NCBI GenBank assembly: GCA_030390025.1
Contig: CM059432.1
Coordinates: 123,506,001-123,570,000 of the forward strand
Source of the DNA: Squalus acanthias
Taxonomy: Eukaryota
Reading direction: 5' to 3'
DNA: 64,000 bases
Below are positions 25,982 through 38,530 of this stretch, piece by piece. Within the stretch, counting starts at the first letter, position 1. Each line of letters begins with the position of its first letter. A program made the translations under genes and the position numbers. The notes under the pieces were generated by a model. The model worked only from the letters and a program-made list of their open reading frames with translations. It was not told where the DNA came from and made no database searches.

Positions 25982-28700
25982 TCAAGTGCCTATCCAGTCT
26001 TCCCTTGAAAACATTGAGTGTCTCCACTTCCACCACTTCCGCGGCAGCGAATTCCAGGTCATCACCACTCGCTGCATAAAAAAGTTTTTCCTCACATCCC
26101 CCCTGTATCTCTTGCCCAAAACCTTAAATCTGTGTCCCCTAGTCCTTGTACCATCAACTAGTGGGAACAGCATTTCCCCGTCTAGCTTATCCAAACCCGT
26201 CATAATCTTGTACACCTCTATCAAATCATCCCTCAACCTCCTTTGCTCTAATGAAAACAAATCCAGCTTCTCCAACCTGTCCTTGTAGCTAAGATCCCCC
26301 ATCCCCGGAACCATTCTGGTAAATCTCCTCTGCACCCTCTCAAGGGCCTTCACATCCTTCCTAAAGTGTGGTGACCAGAACTGGATGCAATACTCCAGTT
26401 GTGGACTAACCAGCACTTTATAAAGGTTCAGCATAACTTCTCTACTTTTGTACTCAATACCTCTATTTATGAAGCCCAAGATCCCATATGCTTTGTTAAC
26501 CACTCTCTCAATATGTCCTGCCACCTTCAGGGACTTATGCACATTAGCTCCCAGGTCCCTCTGTCCCTGCACACTCTTTAAAACTGTGCCATTAAGTGTA
26601 TATTGCCTCTCCCTGTTCCTTCTGCCAAAATGCATCACCTCACATTTCTTTGTATTAAATTCCATCTGCCACTTGTCTGTCATATTCTGTTAGCCTTTCT
26701 ATGTCCTGTTGCAATCGATAGGTATCATCATCACTGTTTGCCACACCCTAAGTTTGGTGTCATCGGCAAATTTAGAAATTCTACTCTGTATTCCAATATC
26801 CAGGTTATTATATATCAAAAAAAGCAGTGGCCCCAGCACTGACCCTTGGGGAACACCACTGTCTACCATCCTGATGTCTGAAAAACAGCCATTTAGCACA
26901 ACTCACTGTTTTTTGTCCTTAAGCCAATTCCTTATCCAAGCTGCCACTGACCCACCTATTCCATGAGCCTCAATTTTTTTAACCAGCCTTCTATGTGGTA
27001 CTTTGTCAAACGCCTTCCTAAAATCCATGTAGACAACATCCATTGCATTCCCTTCATCAATCCTCTCTGTTACTTCATCAAAAAATTAAATTTGATTAGT
27101 CAAACACGATCTACCGTTTACAAATCCGTGTTGGCTCTCCTTAATTAGCTTAAACCTCTCTAAGTGCCCGTTAATTTTTTCCTTGATTATTGTTTCTAAA
27201 ACTGATGTTAAACTGACTGGCCTGTAGTTACTTGGATTGTCCTTACACCCTTTCTTGAACAATGGTATCACATTTGCCACTTTCCAATCCTCAGGCACCT
27301 CCCCCGCATCTAGGGAAGATTGGAAAATTATGGCAAGACCTTCCGCTATCTCCTCCCCCAATTCCCTTAGCAACCTGGGATGCAAGCCATCTGGACCAGG
27401 TGACTTGTCCACTCTAAGCATACCCAGCCTTTCTAGTTTATCCTGTCTATCAATTTTCACCCCTTCCATTGCTGCTACTTTTTCCACTTCTACCAATATT
27501 TTGTCAGCATCCATCTCCTTAGTAAACACCAATACAAAGTACTCATTGAGTATTCTAGCCTTGCCCTGCGCCTCTAAGCATATATCACCTTCTTTGTCTC
27601 TAATATGCCCCACCCCGCCTCTTACTACCCGCTTACTGTTTATATGCCGGTAGAAGATTTTTGGGTTCCCATTCTACTCTCTTATTCTCTCTTTGCCAAT
27701 CTTCTTTTCATCTTCACATCCCCTCTCCACTTATTGTATTTGGTCTGGTTCTCCCTTGAAGAATTCACCATACACCCTCCTTTTTTGTTTTATCGTCTTC
27801 TCTATCTCCCTCGTCATCCAAGAAGCCCTTGCTTTGGTTCCCTTACCCTTCCCTCTTGTTGGAATGTACCTAGCCTGTACTTGGAACATCTCCTCCTTAA
27901 AGATCACCCATTGTTCCATTACAGTTTTTCCTGTCAGTCTTTGGTTCCATTTTACCCTGGCTAGATCCTTTCGCATCCCATTGAAGTTAGCCCTTTTCCA
28001 GTTTAGAAGTTCCACTCTAGATTGTTCCTTGTTCCTCTCCATTGCTAATCTAAATCTTATGATACGATGATCACTCGTACCCAAGTGTTCTCCCACAGAC
28101 ACTTGGTCAACCTGGCCCACCTCATTCCCCAGCACCAGATCCAGCAATGCCTCCTTCCTAGTTGGGCCAAGAACATATTGGTCAAGGGAATTCTCCTGAA
28201 CACATCTCAGAAATTCCTCCCCCTCCTTTCCCTTTACCATAGCATTATCCCAATCGATGTTTGGGTAATTAAAGTCCCCCAATATCACCACTCTATAGCT
28301 CTTGCATATCTCTGCAATTTCCCTGCAGATTTGCTCCTCTACCTCCCTCTCACTATTTGGAGGCCTATAGAATACCCCCAATAGCGTGATCATACCCTTT
28401 TTGCTCCTCAACTCTAACCAAATGGATTCTGTCCTTGTCCCCTCAAGAGCATCCTCCCTTTCCAACACTACAATGCCTTCCTTAATCAGCACTGCCACCC
28501 CACCTCCCTTTTTCCTTCCCTATCTTTTCTGAACACCTTGTACCCTTGAATATTAAATGCCCAGTCCTCACCGTTTTTAAGCCACGTTTCCGTTATTGCC
28601 ACATCATATTGCCACATGGCTAATTGTGCTTGTAACTCACCAACCTTATTCACCACACTTTGTGTGTTTACGTACATACATTCTAAACCCATTTTTGAAT
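25982..28700 (-). pseudogene. CR1 ORF2 endonuclease/reverse transcriptase, frameshifted
   Basis: ORFs 28486, 27731, 27086, 26699 and 25982: ITETW, GDFN, SDH, SPGPDG, GVPQGSVLGP, FADD. Confidence 0.92.
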
Positions 28701-28853
28701 TTTCCGTAGTCTTTCTTAGTCTGCTCCTATCTAATATGGTACTACTACCACCTCTAGTACTATCTTCTCTAGTACTATCCAACACACTCACTCTTTTATG
28801 CACCTTATTCCTCTTTTCTACTCCTATATGCTGGTGCCCATCCCCCTGCCAAG

Positions 28854-29820
28854 CTAGTTTAAACCCTCCCGAACAGCACTAACAAACCTCCCTGCGAGAA
28901 TATTGGTCCCGGCTCTGTTGAGGTGTAACCCGTCCGGCTTGTACAAGTCCCACCTTCCCCAGAAACGGTCCCAATGCCTCAGGAATCTAAAGACCTCCCT
29001 CCTGCACCATCTCTCCAGCCACGCATTCATCTGTTCCATCCTCCTATTCCTGTACTCACTAGTACGTGGCACCGGGAGTAATCTGGAGATTACTACCTTT
29101 GAGGTCCTGCTTTTTAATCGCTCTCCTTGCTCCCTAAACTCTGCCTGCAGGACCTCATCCCTCTTTCTGCCTATATCGTTGGTACCGATATGGACAACGA
29201 CCTCTGGCTGTTCACCCTCCCCACTCAGAGTGTCCTGCAGCCGCTCAGTGACATCCTTGACCCTGGCACCAGGGAGGCAACATACCATCCTGGAGTCACG
29301 TCTATGGCCGCAGAAACACCTGTCTGCTCCCCTAACTATCGAATCCCCTACCACTATTGCTCTTCCAATCTTTTTCCTCCCCCCCCCGCCACCCCCCCGG
29401 TGCAGTTGAGCCACCCGTGGTGCCATGGACTTGACTCTGGCTGCACTCCCCAGAGGAACCATCGCCCTCATTGGTACTCAGAACAGAATACTGGTTGGAG
29501 AGCGCGATGCACTCCGGGGACTCCTGCACTACCTGCCTGGTCCTCCTCTTCTGTCTGGCGGTCACCCATTCCCTCTCTGCCTGCACACTCTTAAGCTGCG
29601 GGTTTGACCACCTCTAGAAACGTGCTATCCACGAAGTTCTCAGCCTCGCGGATGCACCGCAGTGATTCCAGCTGCCGCTCAAGCTCCGAAACCCCAAGCT
29701 CGAGTTGCTGTAGCTGGCGACACTTCCCGCACATGTGGTCGTCCAGGCTACGCGAAGCATCCAGACTTCCCACATGGCACAGGATGTGCACTCCACTGGG
29801 ACTGAGCTGCCCTGCTATGC
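28854..29820 (-). pseudogene. CR1 ORF1: zinc finger, coiled coil and SGNH/GDSL esterase, frameshifted
   Basis: CTSC..CGKC, LELGVSELERQLESL, VVGDSIVR, HIGTND and DGLHLN motifs spread over four ORFs. Confidence 0.9.
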
Positions 29821-32147
29821 CTCTATTTAATAGACCAAGAACTAACCCAGCAGAAATAAACTTAAAACTTAACAAAAAACACTCCCCAGCTACTCACCAA
29901 TCAGCTCCTTCCCTTTTGCCAGCATCACTTTTTCTACTCTGATGTCACTCTTTCGGATTCTGCCTCTGTTGAGTTGCTGCCTCTCTCGCTCTGCTCCCGC
30001 TCTGGTCTCGCCCAGCTCCGCTGCCTCCTCCCAAATAAGTCTAGACTTAATTTATTTATTTAATTAGTTAAAGTCTTTAATCCACGATTATTTGTAGTTT
30101 ATATTAATTAGTTTAACTAGTTAAGCTATAAATTTAATACAGTACGTTATAGTTTCCAGCTCCTAGTTTAAACCACTGTCCTAGGTTAGAGAGAAAAAAA
30201 ACCTTAATACTCACCAACCGATCACCTACCTGCTGTCCTGTGACGTCACACCTTGTTTTTTTTGGACTCCTGGATTTTTTTCCCTCTCTGTTCCGGTTCC
30301 CGGCTAGTTCCGCTCCTCCTCGGCTGCTCGCAGTGAGCCCTTTCTTTTAGTTTTATACTATCTCTCACTTCGCTTGTTGACCAAGGTTATTTAATTACAC
30401 AAGTAGAGCTCTTGTCCTTGAGGGGTATTTGCAGGTCTTGTATTCTTTGAACACCTCCCAATGTTCGTCTGTAGTTTTATCTGTCAATAGACCTGCCCAG
30501 ACTGCTGTGGTCAATTTCTACCTCCAAAATCCATCTTACCTAAATTTAAAACCTTAGTTTGTGACTCATCCTTCTCCCTCTCAAACCTAATATTGAATTC
30601 AATCATGTTATGGTCACTGTTAGCTGGGTGTTCCCTTACTGCTAAATTATTGACTAATTCTGGCTCCCTACTAAATCTAATATGGCCTGTTCTCGTGTTG
30701 GTTCATGAACATATTGTTCCAGAAAACAGTCCTTTCTACAGCCCTATTTATCCTTTCAGCTAGGACCTTGGTCCCAGCCCGGTTCAGGTGCAGCCCGTCC
30801 CAGCTGTACAGCTCCTTCCTATCCCAGTACTGGTGCCAGTGTTTCATGAAATGGAACCCCTCTTTCCCACATCAATCCTTCAGCCACGTGTTTACTTTCC
30901 TTACCCAATGTCCAACAAATGGATCGGCAGCAGTGACAAGAACTGGAAACCTTGGCTCTTTTGTCCCTCCCTAATCCAGGGATGCTAAGGTCAATTGTAA
31001 TGTTCCTACTGCCACTTTAGCTGAAATCAGCACACACCAGGAACCAAATCCGGAAGCTTTCTGGTCTGTATAGATAAACTGAGCCATTTGGGGACTCCTC
31101 ATCCTAGTTTTTGAAAATGATTACAATGCAGTATGAGATTCATCCCTTTAATGGATAATTAAGCCTTTTTAGATAAGTACATCCTGCTAAATGTACATGA
31201 AGGACAAGTGTTTTGAAACATTTTATGGTACGCAAGTCACACTCGAAGAGGGTGGCATTGTAGGCAGACAGTGTGCACTGAGGCTCCAAGGTCACTTTCT
31301 GTACTGCAGGCTATTTCACAGTTACGTGAAGACTGCTTGCTTACAGCTCCTGTCATTTCTCACGTGGAATCACTGACACACTGCAAGCGCCACGTCTACA
31401 GGGACCTGCCACCACTTCCAGCTTTCTGCATGTCAGTTAGCAAACACACATTTTCCATCAAAGAAAGCCTTCGGAGCAATTAGTGTCAGCAATTGAGAAA
31501 TAGTCCATCGTGCCAAGCAGGCTGCTGGAGTTTAATGAGCTGCTGAAAGAGCTCCTGTAAAGGAAAAGTATTTCCACTGACAAATACTTAATTGTGTTTA
31601 GCAACTGCTGTACCCATTACAAAAGAACAATTAGTCTCCCTCGAGTGGAGTGGCTAATGGGATGCATGGGGTATAGATGCAGAGTTGCTATTGGAAGCCT
31701 TGTTGGACACCCATTAAACCATTTATCTGCATCTGGCTCTTCTTTCTCTCCAAGTTCCAAAGAGGACCATGTTGTGCCTATTGCAAGCAATAGACAGCAT
31801 CTTTTTCAATCTCACACATGACCCAGTTTTTTAATTGCTTTCCGGAGCCACAAGATACACTGCCAGTCCTGGTGGAACATGGCAGCCTGCAATAACAAGA
31901 AGGTTTAGAAGTCTTCTTAAAATGTATTTAAGAAATGCGGAACCTCTTCGAAGTCGAAGCAATTCTCTTTCAGCTCCTGGCGCTCTGGAATCTGCTCCGA
32001 CGATACTGCGCGGCAGATTTCAGAGCACTCCCAGCACCAGAACAACAGGAAGCAGGCACATGTCAAGTTGTTTAAAAGATGCCATTCCAATGTGATTGGC
32101 TCTTAACTGCCTATGAAGTGACCTAGCAAGCCACTCAGTTGTATCAA

Positions 32148-32605
32148 TAACAACAACTTGTATTTATATAGCACCTTGAATGCAGTAAAACATCCCAAGG
32201 CGCTTCACAAGAACTTTCCCAAACAAAATTTGACACCAAGCCACATAAGGTGATATTGGACAGGTTGCCAATAACTTGGTCAAGAGGTGGATTTTAAGTA
32301 GCGTTTTAAAGGAGGAGAGAGAGAGAGATAGAGAGGCGATGAGGTTTAGGAAGGGAATTCCAGAGCTTAGAGCCTAAGCAGCTGAAGGTACAGGTGCCAA
32401 TGGTAGAGCGATCAAAATAGGTGATACGCAAGAGGTCAGAATTAGAGGGGCACAGAGATTTTGGAGGGTTGTAGGGCTGGAGGAGGTTACAGAGATAGGG
32501 AAGGGCAAGGCCAGGGTGGGATTTGAAAACAACAATGAGAATTTTTAAATCGAGGCGTTGCCAGACCGGGCGCCAATGTAGGTCAGCGAGCAGAGGGGTG
32601 ATGGG
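32148..32605 (-). mobile_element. L2 LINE 3' end (followed by a + CR1-group LINE tail at 32615-32715)
   Basis: ITPLLADLHWRPVWQRLDLKIL...LWNSLP; tail gctatataaatacaagttgttgtt. Confidence 0.85.
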
Positions 32606-34073
32606 TTCAATGCAACGGTTCAAGAAGATGGCTCACCAGCACCTTCTCAAAGGCAACAGGGAATGGGCAATAAATGCTGGCCTTACCAACGATGCCCACA
32701 TCCCGAGAATGAATTGCAATTTTCTGGTCACAGATCTCCCTGATGTTGGAGAAGGTCCATAAAGCCACAGCCTCAGCTTGCCTAGGGCAGCAGTTTGCAA
32801 CAGGTGGCACTTTCCCTCCACCGGCATGGAGGGAGGAAAGGAACACCTCCTGCGGTGGAGCTCTGAAGCACAAGCATGACCTCATTTATATTACAGTGCT
32901 GTCACTTGAACCAGGGCTGCCTCCGGCCAGCAGTAATTTACATACAGCGTTAATTAATCGTTTCTGGAACTGACATGACAGATCAGGCACATTATTCAGC
33001 AAAGTGATGCGAGTGAAACATTTGGACTAAAGAACAAAGACTACAGAATTTAGCAGGCTGTGAAATACAAGCCACGTTGACCTTTCTTTTAAAGCTAATG
33101 TTATTCCATTTTCCATTATTGCATGCAGTCCTAGAATTCCAGTATAGTTCAGACTTTCAGAAGAACCTGACCAACAATAAGAGTTTAGGATCAGTTCAGT
33201 GCTCCCAAGCACCCAGTGTTGAGCCAGGTTCGAAAGGAGTACAGGGCACAGAATTAGAGTGAGAGCTTTATTGTATCTCTGACCCGCACTCCCTTCAAGT
33301 ACAGCTCAGTGCTAAAAGTGCGGGAGTGTTGAATTTACCTATCTGTTCACTTACAAAAGTAGTCACAACTCTGAAATAAAATGAGAACAACACTTTCACT
33401 CCTGACGCCCAAATCCTGAGAATTAATATAAAAAATGCTGAATGACTTGAGGCTCAGTTTACTTAACAATTAGATTTTCTGACCTTAAGGGCACACAGCT
33501 CCAACGGATCAACAGAATAATACATTGTGCATTACATAGTTTGGTACACTCCTGTCCTTCTGAAACAGCCTATCATTTTACTCACCATGAACAGTTCCAA
33601 AGGAAATTCACTAGTATATATCCAATCGTTGTCTAATGCATGAGTATTTCACCTCAATGTGTCACATCATTACATTTCACAGCATCACACTTGAAAACCA
33701 TCACATTTGCACCCAATTAGCACCAACAAATCTTAACTAAAGATGTATAGAACATACCCATCAATAAATAGCAAGTGGTAAGGAAAATTATCAAAAATTA
33801 AAGTTATACAAACAATAATCAATTTAAAAAGAGTGGAAACCAATGAAATTGCTCCAATTTCCTTTTTGAAGATTATTCCATCTGCCGTCATGCTTTGTCA
33901 GTCAGCTCAGGAGAGAAACAAAAAAAAGATTTCTAACATAAGAAAATCATTTTAAAAAATGACATTAATATTAAGCTTGACTTTTGTATGTTTGGCCATT
34001 TTCGTGGCATTTGCTAAGTCAGATGGCTTGGATTTAAGTTTTCCTGGATACACCAGCTGCCTAAATGAAGATG

Positions 34074-34285
34074 TGATGTGGAGATGCCGGTGTTGGACTG
34101 GGGTGGACAAATGTGAGAAGTCGCACAACACCAGGTTATAGTCCAACAGTTTTATTTGAAATCACAAGCTTTCGGAGCGCTGCTCCTTCGTCCTTCGACT
34201 TCACCTGACGAAGGAGCAGCGCTCCGAAAGCTTGTGATTTCAAATAAAACTGTTGGACTATAACCTGGTGTTGTGCGACTTCTCA
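34074..34285. mobile_element. Penelope-like hairpin insertion with 12-bp TSD
   Basis: Perfect 79-bp inverted repeat (34114-34192 / 34207-34285); direct repeat taaatgaagatg at 34062-34073 and 34286-34297. Confidence 0.85.
34201..34237 (+). ncRNA. Minimal type I hammerhead ribozyme, intact core
   Basis: tcac-CTGACGA-a-ggagc(agc)gctcc-GAAA-gctt-gtga; stem I tcac/gtga, palindromic stem III aagctt. Confidence 0.8.
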
Positions 34286-34689
34286 TAAATGAAGATGCTC
34301 AGCTAAAAAGCAGGCTGCCAGAATCACCAGTGTCATGGTGCCCAAAGTCCCAGAAACGTGTTATTATCAATATACACCTCATTCTGATAGGCCACACCCC
34401 CCAGAATGCAGCTTAAGGCATCTTCTCTGTCTTCTCAGTTTGGACAGATAGGGCGGGGCTTACAAACTTGAATTCTGTGAATGGCCAATCTTGCTGTCAA
34501 TCATAACAAATATTCTGTGTCCTTTCCTTATTTTTCCTTCCAAAACGCATCATTTCGCATTTCTCTACATTAAATGTTATCCATCATTATACTGACCCAA
34601 TCTATTAATCTACCCATGTGTTCCTAAAGTCACTTACAGTCCTCCTCGCAGTTAAACCTCCCCACCCACATACATTTCTGTGTTGTACA

Positions 34690-35525
34690 TAGAAATACAT
34701 GGAATGCATAGAGGTTACAACAGGGAAAGAGGCCATTCAGCTCAACCATTCCGTGTCGGTGTTTACCCTCCGCGCGAGCAAACAGTCCTAATCACATTTA
34801 CCCGTAATGTTCCGCTATCTGGTTATCTCCTCTTCCTTCATCCACCTATCCAATCTAATCTTGAACTTTGACATATTTTCTGCCTTAATCACTAACTAAT
34901 AGCAAATTCCACAGCCTAAAAGCTCCATGCAGAAAAGTTTCTCTTGCCTTCTGTTCTAAATCTCTTACATTTAATTATGTATCTATGGTCTCTTGTTCTA
35001 GACCCCTCAATGATTGGAAACAGTCTACTTCTATCTACTGTGTCCTATCCTACTTCTATCATATTGCCCCGTAACTTTGTTCTAATGAAAAAGGGCCAAT
35101 TTTTCAAGTCTTTCTTCGTAGTTGTATTTCCTCATACCACGAACCCTCTTTAAAGCCTCAAAATCCTTCCTATAGAGTGGAGTCCAACACTGCACACAGT
35201 ACTCTAACTGAAGTCTTGTTAAGGTTATATTTCGGCTCATCTTTATCTCTTGGTCTTGTATGAAAGTTGTGATATAGTGCCCCCTATACACAAGTCCAGA
35301 TCATTTATTTATTTTGAGAAGAGCAATGGACCTAACATAGACCCTGGGGGACACTACTGTTTACATTCCTTCAGACTGGAAACCATCCATCAGCCATTAC
35401 TCGCCGTCCCCTATCCATGCTGCCACATTCCCTTTAATATCATGCACTTTAGTTTTATCAACAAGTCACCAATGTGGCACTTTTTGAAAATGCATTTATG
35501 CAATTTCCACTGCATTTCCTTTATC
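34690..35525 (-). mobile_element. Degenerate CR1 3' region
   Basis: LEYCVQCWTPLYRKD..YEERLEKLALF on the minus strand. Confidence 0.7.
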
Positions 35526-36602
35526 CAAAAATGTGTTTTTCTTTCTGATAACTTGCATATTGTTAAGTTAGTGGGCAGTTATATTCCATTTTTGTTTTGT
35601 ACCTTATATGGATGGGTATCATGGCAATCACTGATGTCCAGGATAATGCATGCATTTGGAGAACATCCTCACCAAAGGATTAATGATTGTGGCATAGGTT
35701 TAATCAACTGGTTATCTGCAGCTGATCATTAGAAAATAAAATAGTCAGTGGATACCAAATGTAATTAATATGTCTCTTTCTGTCACTGGTCACTTATACA
35801 ATGTGTGTAGACCAGGAATTTTGAATTACAGAGAGAACTGACTGATTAATCAACAGGGTAAAGCTTGTGGCTTAAGAACATGCAGGTCCTTTCTCAATTC
35901 AGAAACAGTTCTGCCGAGTCATCGGAACCTCCAGATATGAGGCTGTGTCATGATTTAATGTTGTCAGCTAATCTTGACGGTTTAGATACAAAGCTCTAGT
36001 TGTGCAACAATCAGCTGTTAAATGACAGATCACTTTTTGTTTTCTTTTGGGTGGATGTGTTGAGTTTCTCCCCTCATTGAAGTGAGGGATGGCGGTACTA
36101 TAAAATGAAACACTTGCCGACTCGTGGCACCAAGTACCAGCGTCAAGCACGCTCAGCTCCTGTTCCCATTATTCAGATACAGAGTAAAGTTCCATCTGGA
36201 CCAGAACAACAACGTGCCTACACTTCAACTTCAGAAAATAACTCTTTCCCCCCCACTCCCGCCTTACAGGCTCTGGGGTCCAGAAAGGTGACTGCACTGT
36301 CCAGTGGCAGGCAAACATAGCACCTGTTGCTCAACCATCCACAGGTAATAGGTTATAGGTACTGTTTCACAAGTCAGGGAGAGCCTCAGGCAGTAGGCAG
36401 ATACTGGCCCTTCTACTCCCTCACCCTAGGCATGTTAAAGGAGGTAATTCTCCTGCTCCAGTGAAACATGTGCATGCTACTGCTCAATCTTTGAAAATGC
36501 AGATGGAACTGCTCGCCATTATTGGCCTTATTAACACGCTGCTTGCTGACTTCCCAACCAAAAGGGCCAGTCAGGGTGTTGAAGCAGCGAAGGTCCAATT
36601 TG

Positions 36603-37062
36603 TTTTATTCATTCATGGGATGTGGGCGTCGCTGGCAAGGCCAGCATTTATTGCCCATCCCTACTTGCCCTCGAGAAGGTGGTGGTGAGCCGCCGGTGGT
36701 GGAGGGAGTGAATGTTTAAGGTGGTGGGTGGGGTGTCGATCAAGCGGGCTGCTTTCTCCTGGATGGTGTCGAGCTTCTTGAGTGCTGTTGGAGCTGCACT
36801 CATTCAGGCAAGTGGAGAGTATTCCATCACACTCCTGACTTGTGCCTTGTAGATGGTGGAAAGGCTATGGGGAGTCAGAAGGTGAGACATGTGCCGCAGA
36901 ATACCCAGCCTCTGACCTGCTCTTGTAGCCACAGTATTTATGTGGCTGGTCCAGTTAAGTTTCTGGTCAATGGTGACGCCACCCCCACCCCCCCACCCCC
37001 GCCCAGGATGTTGATGGTGGGGGAATTCGGCGATGGTAATCCCGTTGAATGTCATGGGGAGG
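36603..37062 (-). mobile_element. Internally deleted CR1-group LINE fragment (family of 3628-5135)
   Basis: GVTIDQKLNWTSHINTVATRAGQRLGIL; same 3' tail. Confidence 0.85.
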
Positions 37063-38089
37063 TGCTCCTCCCGGCCCACAAAGGAACCTTACAAAAAAAA
37101 TGTTGAACTTTCCTTACTGGGTCTCTTCTGGCCCTGGCTCCTGTTCCCGGCAGGTTTAACCTAATGGGGAAGCCACCACTGCTTCCCCGCTCAGGTTTCT
37201 GGTGAAAATAGCAGTCGAGCCGCAATTATGTCATTGGAGCCCGATCTGCATTTTGAAAAAGGACACCGCTGCCTTCAGGAGGCGTATTTGTCGGCCAGAT
37301 CAGGGCGGAACGGCCCACACTCCATTTCAACCGCCTGATTTCCAGCCTGGCAGGGATTATAATTCCGCCATATGGGTCCATTCCCCGTGGAGAGCACACA
37401 AAGGTATAATGAACTTGTCATTTTTATATATCAAGTTTCTGACTAAACAGCTCATTTTTTAACATTTATTTGGCATCTCATGTCCTTTTTTCTACTTTAT
37501 GACGGTCCTTCATTCCGATTTCAAGGATGGAAGTTTGTGGTACGCTGCTTCTTCCCCCCAGGATGGAGGACATCAATCTCGAATATTCTCCCATAGGCCC
37601 CTTTTGCTCTCCTTGTTCTCTATGTCTTGCTTTCAAGCAGAGCCTAACTAACAATGTACCGTATCCAAATACGCTTTGACCTTTCTGCAAAATCACTTCT
37701 AACGCCAGCACTCTCTTAGTGTCCATAAAAACATTGCAGAAATGAGAAATTATTCAAACAGTTTCACAAAACATATGGTACAAACTAGCGGTGTTGATAA
37801 AACTCATTTATATTGTTTAATGATGCATCACCATGCCTCAGTATGCTATAACTGCATAAGAAATTCTGTCTATCGTATAAAAAGAAAACCCAATACAAAT
37901 GTATTAAGAAAACCTAATATGAATAAATGTATTGACATCAGTCTGCTATTCACACTAAAACATGCAGCATTACTCAAGGTGACTGGCTCCACCCCTAATA
38001 ATTGGCCAAATACTGATTTTACTCCACTTGTGAAATCTGCCCAACACTTCATTAAACTCGTGCCAGAAAATATAATCAGGCATTAAAAT

Positions 38090-38308
38090 GTGAAATAACA
38101 ACAGAAAACGCTGGAAAAACTCAGCAGGCCAGGCAGCATCCGTGGAGAGAGAAACAGAGTTAACGTTTCAGGTCAAAAACCTTTCGTCAGAACTGGAAAA
38201 AAGCAGGAAATGAAATAGATTTAAAGCAAGTATAAAGCTGGGAAAAGGGGGAGGGGATGAAAGAACAAAAGGAGAGATTAAGAGACATTGAGAGACATTA
38301 AGAGATGA
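38090..38308 (-). mobile_element. Penelope-like pLTR fragment
   Basis: Reverse complement of 721-966 with a short internal deletion. Confidence 0.8.
38158..38194 (-). ncRNA. Minimal hammerhead ribozyme, intact core
   Basis: Minus strand agtt-CTGACGA-a-aggtt(ttt)gacct-GAAA-cgtt-aact. Confidence 0.75.
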
Positions 38309-38395
38309 TCAAGGCAAGAGGAGGTGTTGATTAAAATGTGAAGTTGCACTTTTAGGCAAAGTCAACAATTTTCTAATTGGTGCCGAGAAGATTTT

Positions 38396-38530
38396 GGGGG
38401 TGAGATTGCTCTTGGGCGATAGCACAAAATGGGCGATAGCGAAATCAGTTGGAAGAAAAGAAAATCGGGCGGAGTGTAAAACTGGCGGCTGATTTTGCGC
38501 AACCACCCAAGACCAATTCCCCCCCCCCCC
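38396..38530. mobile_element. Short MITE
   Basis: Imperfect TIRs gggggtgagattgctcttgggcg / cacccaagaccaattcccccc. Confidence 0.55.

Larger units (their letters stand above)
25853..30333 (-). mobile_element. Near full-length CR1 LINE (5' UTR, ORF1, ORF2, 3' UTR)
   Basis: Continuous ORF1-APE-RT order; (TATGACTC)n tail at 25853-25868; 5' UTR ~29830-30333 with TGACGTCA at 30241. Confidence 0.92.
23766..30905 (-). mobile_element. Older CR1 (23766-25850 and 30335-30905), split by a younger CR1; small + CR1 tail at 24975-25108
   Basis: ORFs 24036, 24600 and 25152 (RT; GNYRPISLTSVVGKLLE); endonuclease end ~30340-30725; ORF1 esterase piece WDGLHLNRAGT at ~30735-30900. Confidence 0.85.

Noticed and set aside
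27237..29594. Long + strand ORFs
   Set aside because: Antisense shadows of CR1 ORF1 and ORF2.
31440..31890. Two minus-strand splice acceptors as possible coding exons
   Set aside because: The frames I translated stop within ~40 codons and give no recognisable protein or clear donor.
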